64,000 bases of DNA from Azolla caroliniana (lineage: Eukaryota > Plantae > Polypodiophyta). The translations under genes and the position numbers were made by a program. The number at the start of each line of letters is the position of its first letter. Position 1 is the stretch's first letter. The stretch covers positions 20,770,001 through 20,834,000 of the forward strand of contig JBHGNT010000008.1 of the NCBI GenBank assembly GCA_043228905.1. Reading direction: 5' to 3'. The notes beneath the pieces are model-generated. The model ran no database searches, was not told the origin of the DNA, and saw nothing but the letters and a program-made list of their open reading frames with translations. Shown here one piece after another: positions 36,701 to 46,639 of the stretch.

Positions 36701-39700
36701 TTTGCGTACGGTTTTATACACCCAGTCTACGCACTGGGTTACGCACCCAATGTTGAGCTTGTCTCTCAACACTCCCCCTCAAGCTCAACTTGAGGTTCCA
36801 TATGCTTTTCTGGATCTTCACTCCGGCTTCTCCTGGCTTCACGCCTCGCTCGCGCTCCTCGACCCATCCGATTCTGCGCGTCTCGACCCTTTCGGTCGGC
36901 TTGTCTACTCATGTGGCCTTTCTCAGCTCCCTTGCTGTCGCGGTGTTGGCGCCTCTTTCGCTGCCCTTTTCTCCGGTTGGCCCTTAGTTGATTCGGCATA
37001 TCTGAATCAAACATTACGATTGAATCGAACATTATGATTGAATCGAACATCTCCGATTCATTCCTGCTTTCACCCGAATTGACTGTCTCCAATTCGTCTT
37101 CTGTCTTCAGGCCCTTAACTACGTCCGACCATGTCTTAGTCTCGGCCTTTACACCTTTCTTGGCTTTATTTCCCCTTTGTTCGGCTGTCTTCGGCTCTTC
37201 CTTGCGATTACGGTCCCTGCTTACTTCTTCGGCTTCTTCAACCGGCCCAAAATCATTCTTTATCCGATTCGGCATCGTGGTTACTATCGCTCCTTTCACT
37301 CTCCTGTTCCTATTCCTGTCTCCCCCTCAAGTTCAGCATGTCGAGTGCCACAAGCTGAGACTTTACTCGGCCAATTTCGTCTAGGTCGACACCGGCGATG
37401 ACTAAATCATCAACATAAAGTAAAAGACAAACCGGTCCATGTTGACCTTGCCGAGCGAACAATGAAGAGTCTGACTTTGATGTCGTAAACCCCATTCTAC
37501 GCAACCGTTGCGTAATCTTCATTTTTTAAGCTCGCGGGGCTTGCTTAAGTCTATATAATGCCTTCTTCAATCGGCAGACTGCCGAAGTGTTTTGTTCGGA
37601 TAGAAATCCAGGGGGTTGTGCCATGTACACTTGTTCCTCAAGATCACTTTGGAAGAACGCATTCTTTACATCCATCTGATGTAGATGCCACCCCTTCGTC
37701 GTAGCTACGGCTAGCAGAACTCACATGGTAGTCATCTTCGCGATTGGGGCGAAGGCCTCGTCGTAATCTATGCCTTGCTTCTGCACGTAGCCTTTCGCAA
37801 CCAAACGGGCCTTATATTGGTTGACCAAGCTGTCAGTGTTGTATTTCACCTTAAACACCCATCTGCATCCGATGTGCTTAACACCTTTGGGTGCATCAAC
37901 CAAGTCCCAAGTCTCGTTGTCTGATAATGCACGCATCTCTTCCTCCATTACGGCACGCCAGTTTGCGTCTTCTGCCGCTTCTGCGTAGCTCTCTCGCTCA
38001 CGCACTTTCTTCACTCGCGTCATGTAAGCATAATGATGCGCCATGTACTCATTATACCCGTACCTCTTTACGGGGTTCTTCAGGCGGGTAGATCAGTGTA
38101 GTTCGTGATTACCCAATTTCACGCCCTTTTCAGCTGATTTCGACTTCTTCCATGGAGATTCCTTTTCGATTGGTCTGAAATCAGACTCGCTCTAGTCTGA
38201 CTCGGCACTACCGAAACCGTATTCCGACATTTTCTTCTTCCCTTTATCTTTATGCGTAAACCTTCTCCTCGGTTCATTACGCGGGGACAACACGGTCGAG
38301 TCTCCACTACACGCTGACTCTTCATTTGGTTGGCCATCTCGGCCCAACCCCTCATTCGGCCCACTTAGCCGAAATTAGATCGGACTGTCTGTCAGAGCTC
38401 CGATATCCTCATCACGCAGAGGCATCTCAACCTCGTTGACCTCTTCTTCACAATTCAGAATGGAATCATGAGGTATTGGAGATGGAGGCAAGTACCACGA
38501 AGTGGACTTGTCGAACACGATATCTTGACTTACGCGAACTTCCTTTGTCCGGGGGTTATAGCACTTATACCCCTTCTGCTCATCTGAATAGCCGACCAAG
38601 ATACACTTCTCGGCTTTGGCATCCACCTTCTTCCTCTTCTCCTTCGGCACATGCACATACGCAATGCTGACGAAAATCCTCAAGTGTGCCTTGTTCGGCT
38701 TCTTTCCAAAATAAAACTCGTGTGGCGACACTCCTCCATTAGCAGAAGTCCGATTCTGCAAATAAACAGCCGTCCTCACAACTTCAGCCTAGTAAAACTT
38801 CGGCATATGATTTTCTTCAAGCATTGCCCTGACCTCTTGTTCGATTGTCCGATCTTCCGCTAGGCTACGTTGTTCTTCTCTGGTGTATATCTACACAAGA
38901 ATTCACATCGAATTCCCTCCTTCTGTAGATAACTCGTGAACTGGTCGGAGAAGTACTCCTTCCCGCCATCGGACCGTAGGCACTTGATCTTATGCCATGT
39001 TTCCTTTTCCGCAAGGTTTTTCAGCTTCAGGAACCACGCAAAAACTTCGCTCTTTTTCGCGTTCAAGCACACCTAGGTATGCCAAGTGAAGCCATCGATG
39101 AAGGTTACGAAGTAATGGCTTCCACCGAGACTCATGTTCTGTGCCGGTCCCCACACATCCGAATGGATCAAATCCAACGGATTCCGACTACGATTATGCT
39201 CATTGGGGAATGCAAGTCGGTGCTGCTTCCCGAGTTGGCAGGCTTCGTAGACTTGGCCATTATGGCCCCGAAATTTCGGCAAGACGAAAACAATGTTCTT
39301 CGTCTGCATTTCACGAAGCCGTGGGAAGTTATCTGGGCCGAACCGCTTGTGCCACAGGTCGATGTCCGGATTGACCTTCTGTCATGATATGGCAAGACTC
39401 GAACCCATGACCTTAGGTTATATGGGTCGAGCTCTTGACCATTAGACCATCTATTGTAATACGTAGGATATTATTTTCATTTACATTTTATTATAGGAAA
39501 TTAGTGTATATTCCAGATTTCTCTGGAACATTCTAGAAGCTTCAGGATTACTCCTGAAAACACTATAAAAGAGGGCACTAGGCATTATGTTGAACCAAAT
39601 TGGTTCAACGCCAGTCTTAAGCCTTTTAGCCACCGTTGTATATTCTCTTCATATAATAAATATCTTTCTTATCATCACTCTCTCTCTCTCTCTCTTTCTC

Positions 39701-39880
39701 TCTGTCTCGCTCACTTCTTCCTTCTCTCAAAGAAGTTCCACACCTCTCATAGTACTAATCCTTCGTTTAGTACTAATTCCTTCTCTGTCTCAGTACTGTT
39801 CATGACTGTTTGAACCAATTTTCCTACCTTCTGTCTCTCTCATTTCCTACTAATCTTTTATTCCTCTTTTCTTTCATTCC

Positions 39881-41032
39881 ATGGCCACTGTTAGCGTTGA
39901 AGAATATCAATCTGTTTTCTCGGAATTCCAATGCTTGAAGGAGAAGTTCCATGCTTTGGAACAAGAAAACCAACGGTTGCTGGGGGATCTTCAGCAAATC
40001 TCCTTAGAAAAGCAGCAAACGCAACAACAACATGGGGAACTTGCGTTACGCGTGCAACAACTCGAAGCCACCATCGTAGCGATGCAACAACATGGGCCCG
40101 GAACACAAGGGATTCATAAAGAACCTAAGATTGGCCTTCCCACGAAGTTCGATGGAACGCGATCGCAATTTAGAGGGTTCCTTAACCAGGTACGATTAGT
40201 TATTCAAATGCATCCTTCCCGATATCCCACCGATGCATCACGAGTGGGTTTAGTAGGCACTTTGTTAAGTGGCTCAGCGTTGTCATGGTTCGCTCCACTA
40301 TTAGAAAAGGAATCTCCGTTACTCAACAATTTTGAAGAGTTTCTAGGTGAGTTTAAAGCATGTTTCGGAGATACTGACAGCATCAGGACCGCAATCAACA
40401 AAATCCGGCGATTACGCCAAGGTGACCGTCCAGCCTCCGCATACGCTGCAGATTTTCGCCTACTCGCCGCCGATATCCCTTGGGATGATCAAGCGTTGAT
40501 GGAGCAATTCCGTTATGGTTTACGCAACGACGTCAAGGATTTACTCTTGACCTTCCCCGAAGAGCCAAAGTCCTTAACAGAAGCAATCAGTCGCGCGGTG
40601 AGATGTGACAACCGCCTCTTTGAGCGACGTTCGGAACAACAGCTACAGATGCCGAGGGCAAGATCAGAGCCCACCTACGCCTCAGTGGTAGCAAGACCTT
40701 TTCCGAGGGAGTCATATAATGCGTCTCCAGCGAATACTCCGACTCCGATGGAGATTGACACTACACGTCGTCGAGGGCCATTATCCGAAGAAGAAAAGCA
40801 GCGACGCCGTACAAATCGACTATGTCTTTACTGCGGTGGACCAGGACATATCGCAATAAATTGCCCCCATAGGCCAAGAAGACAGGTAAACCAAATAGTC
40901 GCTAGTTCTAATTGTACTAAATCCGAACCTATTTCAGTAGGGATATCTGATAGTCCTAATAGTACTAATATCCCAGATCTAGCAAACAAATTTGATGTCC
41001 TTAGTCAGTTAGAAGAAGAGTTAAACAACTAA
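39881..41032 (+). CDS. G3 Gag (coiled-coil N-terminus, capsid-like retrotransposon gag domain, CCHC knuckle)
   Basis: Intact 383-aa ORF: PTKFDGTRSQFRGF, LRQGDRPASAY, PMEID, CLYCGGPGHIAINC. Confidence 0.93.
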   Translation: MATVSVEEYQSVFSEFQCLKEKFHALEQENQRLLGDLQQISLEKQQTQQQHGELALRVQQLEATIVAMQQHGPGTQGIHKEPKIGLPTKFDGTRSQFRGFLNQVRLVIQMHPSRYPTDASRVGLVGTLLSGSALSWFAPLLEKESPLLNNFEEFLGEFKACFGDTDSIRTAINKIRRLRQGDRPASAYAADFRLLAADIPWDDQALMEQFRYGLRNDVKDLLLTFPEEPKSLTEAISRAVRCDNRLFERRSEQQLQMPRARSEPTYASVVARPFPRESYNASPANTPTPMEIDTTRRRGPLSEEEKQRRRTNRLCLYCGGPGHIAINCPHRPRRQVNQIVASSNCTKSEPISVGISDSPNSTNIPDLANKFDVLSQLEEELNN

Positions 41033-43377
41033 GTCCAGCCAAAATCGGAGCCGTTTGGTTGGACAGCCCTAGATCTGTGCAGCCCATTAGTGGTTCCATT
41101 CCCTCTAAGCAAGTTAGTGATGTGTTCGTAGCCCAAGTAATAGTTAGTACTAAAAGTACCCCTCCAGTACATGTCCTAGCACTCCTAGATTCCGGAGCTA
41201 ACTCTTGCTTTATGGATAAGAAATTTGCTCAAGCTCATAAGATATCCCTAAGAAAACTCCAGTGTCCAGCCTCTGTAGTAGTCATTGATGGACATCCCAT
41301 TGCTTCCGGAAATATCCTAGAAGAGTCAGAGCCCATTAATATTGTCCTAGATAACTTAGTATGTGTAGTATCATTTAATATTATTAGTATCCCAGAACAT
41401 CCTATAGTTTTAGGACTACCGTGGTTCGAGTTACATAACCCTGACATAGATTGGAGAACAAGAGAAATCCGGTGTCGACAAACCCAAGGGTCAACTCAGA
41501 AGATGGCAACCATTTCGCTACGTCAGTTGCGTAAAGAAGGGCACAAGGAGGAAATGTTCCTCTTTGCAATATCAGTAAACCCCTCCAACACCACTAAAGA
41601 AGAATCCACCGTTCAACTTCCCGAGAAGTATCGCCATTACACCGATGTGTTCGATAAAGTACAAGCCAACACACTTCCTCATCATCGACCGTACGATTGC
41701 CCCATCGATTTACAACCGGGAAAAGAGCCGCCATGGGGACCGATCTACAATTTGTCACCAACCGAGCTGGAAGTCCTTCGGGCCTATATAGAGGAGAATT
41801 TGGAAAATGGTTTCATTCGGCATTCGAAATCTCCAGCCGGTGCGCCCATTTTCTTCGTCAAGAAAAAAGATGGATCGCTTCGTCTCGTTGTAGATTACCG
41901 TGGCTTGAATAAGGTTACAATCAGGAATAGGTATGCTCTTCCCCTTATCTCAAGTCTTTTAGAACGGATCAATGGTGCCAGGTTCTTCACGAAGATCGAC
42001 TTACGGGGAGCATATAACCTCGTACGGATCCGACCAGGAGACGAATGGAAGACCGCGTTTCGCACCAGATATGGGCACTTCGAGTATACTGTCATGCCGT
42101 TCGGCCTCACTAATGCGCCGGCAGTCTTCCAGCACATGGCTAATGATATATTCCGAGATCTATTGGATGATTGTTTGATCATCTATTTGGATGATCTACT
42201 GGTTTATTCAAAGACCCAAGAAGAACATGATTCTCATGTACTATTAGTACTAAAACGACTTCGAGAACATGGTTTGTATGCAAAGCTAGAAAAATGTAGT
42301 TTCGGGTGCAACCAAGTGGAATTTCTCGGCTACATCATTTCGTCAGAAGGCATCTCCATGGACCCAGCTAAGGTCAGAACGGTGGTAGAATGGCAGACTC
42401 CGCGTTCGGTACGGGATGTGCAATGCTTCTTAGGCTTTGCCAATTTTTACCGGAAGTTCATACAGGATTACTCAAAGATCGTTCTACCTCTCACACAACT
42501 TACCAGGAAGGGACAACCGTTCACCTGGTTTGAAGAAACGGACATGGCTTTCGAGAGTCTTAAAAAAGCATTTACATCGGCTCCAATTCTAGCTCATGTC
42601 GATCCGGAGAAACCATTCATTATCGAAGCTGATGCATCGGATTTTGCATTGGGGAGCATTTTGTCACAACAGGGGAATGATGAAAAGCTACATCCTGTGG
42701 CTTTTCACTCACGCAAGTTTGATGCCGCCGAAATCAACTACGAAATCCATGATAAGGAGCTATTGGCAATAGTGGATTCTTTTATGCAATGGAGGCATTT
42801 TCTGGAGGGATCCTCTCATCCAGTCACCGTATTTAGTGACCACAAGAATCTTGCCTACTTTCAGGATGCTCGTGTGTTGAATCGACGTCAAGCTCGGTGG
42901 GCCCACTTCCTCACGCGTTTCGACTTCAAAATTACATATCGTCCGGGGAGGCACCAAGGGAAGGCAGATGCATTATCACGGCGTTCGTATCTAGCACCCC
43001 GTCCCGGCGAGCCAGCTTTCGATAACCAAAAACAAGTCATCTTGGGACCGGCACGATTACAAGCAACACAAATCTTTGACATGCCTATGGATTCCCGCGT
43101 TATCGATACCATACGTGAAGACTTGAAGACAGATGCGTTCGCCCAAGCTATACTAGCACAAATTGATCCCTCTCGAGCGTCGTGTTCACAGTCGCAACCA
43201 CCAGGTACAGACTATCGGCAATTCAAATACCATGATGGATTACTCTTCTTTAAAGAACTTTTGTATGTTCCTAATGGTTCTTGCCGCCTTCGAGTAGTAC
43301 AAAACTGTCATGACACATATACAGCTGGGCATTTTGGTAGTACTAAAACATTACATTTAGTACAACGATCATTCTAG
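41020..43377 (+). CDS. G3 Pol (protease, RT, RNase H), in the -1 frame relative to gag; ends at a premature TAG
   Basis: ALLDSGA, KIDLRGAYN, VMPFGL, YLDD, ADASD, KELLAIV, DHKNL. Frame is open from the GTTAAAC slippery site at 41020. Confidence 0.92.
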   Translation, partial: VKQLSPAKIGAVWLDSPRSVQPISGSIPSKQVSDVFVAQVIVSTKSTPPVHVLALLDSGANSCFMDKKFAQAHKISLRKLQCPASVVVIDGHPIASGNILEESEPINIVLDNLVCVVSFNIISIPEHPIVLGLPWFELHNPDIDWRTREIRCRQTQGSTQKMATISLRQLRKEGHKEEMFLFAISVNPSNTTKEESTVQLPEKYRHYTDVFDKVQANTLPHHRPYDCPIDLQPGKEPPWGPIYNLSPTELEVLRAYIEENLENGFIRHSKSPAGAPIFFVKKKDGSLRLVVDYRGLNKVTIRNRYALPLISSLLERINGARFFTKIDLRGAYNLVRIRPGDEWKTAFRTRYGHFEYTVMPFGLTNAPAVFQHMANDIFRDLLDDCLIIYLDDLLVYSKTQEEHDSHVLLVLKRLREHGLYAKLEKCSFGCNQVEFLGYIISSEGISMDPAKVRTVVEWQTPRSVRDVQCFLGFANFYRKFIQDYSKIVLPLTQLTRKGQPFTWFEETDMAFESLKKAFTSAPILAHVDPEKPFIIEADASDFALGSILSQQGNDEKLHPVAFHSRKFDAAEINYEIHDKELLAIVDSFMQWRHFLEGSSHPVTVFSDHKNLAYFQDARVLNRRQARWAHFLTRFDFKITYRPGRHQGKADALSRRSYLAPRPGEPAFDNQKQVILGPARLQATQIFDMPMDSRVIDTIREDLKTDAFAQAILAQIDPSRASCSQSQPPGTDYRQFKYHDGLLFFKELLYVPNGSCRLRVVQNCHDTYTAGHFGSTKTLHLVQRSF

Positions 43378-43387
43378 TGGGCCCTGT

Positions 43388-44617
43388 ATGCGACAATTTG
43401 TCGAGGATTTTGTTCGGACTTGTGATACATGTTGCAGAGCGAAAATGCCAAGGCATCATCCATATGGTTTATTAGAACCATTATCAATTCCAAGCAAGCC
43501 GTGGCAATCCATTGCTCTAGACTTCATCACAGATCTTCCAGTCTCTAAGGGGTTCAATGCGATTCTAACGGTGGTCGATCGATATACGAAGATGGCTCAT
43601 TTCTTGCCATGTACTAAGGAGATCTCCAGTGAAGACACTGCCGAAATTGTCATGCGTGAAGTATGTCGGCATCATGGACTCCCCGATAGTATCATCAGCG
43701 ACCGTGGACCCCAGTTCGTGTCAAAATTCTGGAAGCACCTTTTTAACATGCTCAAGGTCACTTGTAACCTCTCTTCCGGCTACCACCCACAAACTGACGG
43801 CCAAGCTGAACGAACAAATCAAACGTTGGAGCAGTATCTGTGGTGCTTTCGCAGCTATCATCAGGACGACTGGGCAGATATTCTCCACTTCGCCGAATTT
43901 GCCTGTAACAACTCTATCCACGCATCCACTAAAGTTACGCCATTTTATGCTTATACGGGATGTCACCCCCGGTGGAGTGTACTTGAAACCCCAGAGGTAT
44001 CCACAAATCCGTGCGCGGAGGATCGTTTGGAGCGGTTACGCAAGATACAAGCGGATTTATCTACTCATCTCCAGCAAGCTCAACAAACACACAAGGTCTA
44101 CGCGGATCGTCATCGACTTCCATCTAGTTTTAATATTGGAGATCGGGTGTGGTTGCTACGACGACACATCAAGACTACTCGCCCATGTGAGAAGTTGGAT
44201 TATCGGCGATTAGGTCCTTTCCGTATTATTGGAAAGATTAATGATGTTGCTTTTCGTCTCGATCTACCTCCTCAACTTCGGATACATCCGATGTTTCATA
44301 GTTCTCTCTTCGAACCCTACCACGAGAGCACCATCCCAGAACGTCTTATCCAACCTCCACCCCCGATCGATCTTGAAGATGGGCCGGAGTACGAGGTTGC
44401 CGCCATTCTTGATTCCAAGATTGTTCGCAACAAGCTCTACTATCTAGTCGATTGGCTAGGCTATAGTCCCAGCGAACGTACTTGGGAACCGATCGAGAAT
44501 GTAACCAATGCTCGTGCTCTTCTTGAAGACTTCCATCGTCAATATCCACACAAACCGGGTCCTCAATCCAAGACGACTCGTGACACTCGTCGTTTTAAAG
44601 GGGGGATAGTGTCATGA
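43388..44617 (+). CDS. G3 integrase core plus C-terminal chromodomain, separated from Pol by a stop and a 1-bp frameshift
   Basis: CDTC, IALDF, SDRGPQF, YHPQTDGQAER, GPF, EYEVAAILDSK...YLVDWLGY...TWEP. The stop codon lies inside the 3' LTR. Confidence 0.92.
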   Translation: MRQFVEDFVRTCDTCCRAKMPRHHPYGLLEPLSIPSKPWQSIALDFITDLPVSKGFNAILTVVDRYTKMAHFLPCTKEISSEDTAEIVMREVCRHHGLPDSIISDRGPQFVSKFWKHLFNMLKVTCNLSSGYHPQTDGQAERTNQTLEQYLWCFRSYHQDDWADILHFAEFACNNSIHASTKVTPFYAYTGCHPRWSVLETPEVSTNPCAEDRLERLRKIQADLSTHLQQAQQTHKVYADRHRLPSSFNIGDRVWLLRRHIKTTRPCEKLDYRRLGPFRIIGKINDVAFRLDLPPQLRIHPMFHSSLFEPYHESTIPERLIQPPPPIDLEDGPEYEVAAILDSKIVRNKLYYLVDWLGYSPSERTWEPIENVTNARALLEDFHRQYPHKPGPQSKTTRDTRRFKGGIVS

Positions 44618-45669
44618 TATGGCAAGACTCGAACCCATGACCTTAGGTTATATGGGTCGAGCTCTTGACCATTAGACCATCTATTGTAATACGTAGGATA
44701 TTATTTTCATTTACATTTTATTATAGGAAATTAGTGTATATTCCAGATTTCTCTGGAACATTCTAGAAGCTTCAGGATTACTCCTGAAAACACTATAAAA
44801 GAGGGCACTAGGCATTATGTTGAACCAAATTGGTTCAACGCCAGTCTTAAGCCTTTTAGCCACCGTTGTATATTCTCTTCATATAATAAATATCTTTCTT
44901 ATCATCACTCTCTCTCTCTCTCTCTTTCTCTCTGTCTCGCTCACTTCTTCCTTCTCTCAAAGAAGTTCCACACCTCTCATAGTACTAATCCTTCGTTTAG
45001 TACTAATTCCTTCTCTGTCTCAGTACTGTTCATGACACCTTCTATCCTTTCATGAACAGTGCGGTTCCGCCTTGATTGGTGTCGAGGATGAACAGCCTCC
45101 CTTCACGGGGCCCTTGCGCGATAACTCGGCCTTCCTCTTCGATGTGGCACCCGAGGTGTGTGAATCAAACTTGCATCCCCTGGTCGACGATCTGACTGAC
45201 TGACACCAGGTTCTTGGTTATTGTCAAGACGTGCAACACGTTCATAAGTTTCCCTTTCTGCTCGACGTGGCTGAGAGGAACTTCTCTAACATGTTTGATG
45301 GTATGCAGAGTGTCGTCTCCCGTTTTGACCACTCCTTGTTTTTCCGGTTTCTCCAAGTACGAGAACCATTCCTCATGACTCGTCATATGATTTGACACTC
45401 CGGAATTGACATACCACATCTCGCTTGATTTCGAGGTGTTCACGGCCATCGAATTGGCCTTGTTCTTCATTATGAAGGCTGGGCCCGATCCATTTCCGGC
45501 TCATTCGGAGCCTTCGGCGTAGTGCGATTTCAGACGCCTTCTTGCGTCTCTTCTGCTCGATTTGGTTTTGTCTGAATCGACTCTGTTCTTCCAGCACTCA
45601 CTCTCCCTTGGCCTTTCTTGCCACAGTACCAACATTTCGTTGCGGCCTTCTCTTGCCGACTTCCAACGG

Positions 45670-46639
45670 TGTCGTGAAGTTGACACTTCACGATGTGAAA
45701 ACAATGTCAAAAATCTATAGAAGTACATTTCCCATTTGGAGCTTATGACAAGGAGCATGAAGGGATTTTCGGTTCGTGAATCGGAGTTCAGAAGCCCAAG
45801 ATACAAGCTTTGGAAGGATTAATGTTACTTGGGACAAAAATGTAATTATTTCAAAAGGGGGAGTCAAAATTAAATGAGGGCTATTTCTATAATTTCTCAA
45901 ATATAGAACTATAAAATTGAATTGTAGCATCAATAAATAAAAATAAATAGATAAATAATATACAATAAAATTAAAATAAATATAATAAGTATAACCACCT
46001 GCATGAGGCGGTTGACAAACCGCCTCAAGAGGGTGGTAGGGCGGTTGACCACCTTATATAAGCCGCACCTATGGTGGCTAAAGAGGGGAAGAGGAGAAGG
46101 AGAAGAAACGGAAGGAAAAGCGAGTGAAGAAGCTTGCGTGGGTGTAGGATGCAGAGCTCGCCAAAGAAGATGGTGGTGTGCATAAATCAAGACAAGAATT
46201 AAAGAAAAGAAAGGAGATATAAGAAAAGGAAGAAGTCAAAGTGGTGTATCTAAAACGCCTCTTTGTAAACAAAAGGTCGTGAGTTTGAATTTTCTTCGAA
46301 TAACTTATTTTGGTAATCAAATTTTGTAATATAAATTTAGTATATATAAAGTGAAAGAGAAAGACAAATAAATAGAAACAAAAGAGATTGAAGTGGTCTA
46401 TCTCAAACGCTTCTTCTCAAATAGAGTTTGTGAGTTCAAGTCTTGCGAAGTAACTTTTGGCAAATAAATATTGTAAGCGGTTGTTTTACAAATAAAATTC
46501 TTTTCGCGACAACGTTGCATTTATCTTGCCTTCTCGGCTTCTTGTCATCGCACCATCAGCGACTATGCGTTTTCACCCCGATCATCCCCGAGTCACAGAA
46601 CCCCGACGGTTACGACACACAAGCACAATCTTCTCGACA
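45670..46639. mobile_element. Solo-LTR-like insertion(s) in Copia C gag
   Basis: TGTCGTGAAG...CTTCTCGACA inverted termini. Gag homology to Copia B stops and resumes at these points. An AT-rich inner block (~45694-46511) may be a second nested insert. No clean TSD. Confidence 0.55.

Larger units (their letters stand above)
39380..45037 (+). mobile_element. Gypsy/chromovirus element G3 (Tcn1/Tf1-like), very recent, nested in Copia C
   Basis: 428-bp LTRs 39380-39807 and 44610-45037 look identical except for the last base. TSD CCTTC (39375-39379 and 45038-45042). PPT AAAGGGGGGATAG at 44597-44609. Confidence 0.97.

Noticed and set aside
39385-39457. True tRNA gene within the LTR
   Set aside because: A and B boxes are present but acceptor, anticodon and T stems do not pair convincingly. 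Reported only as a tRNA-like module.
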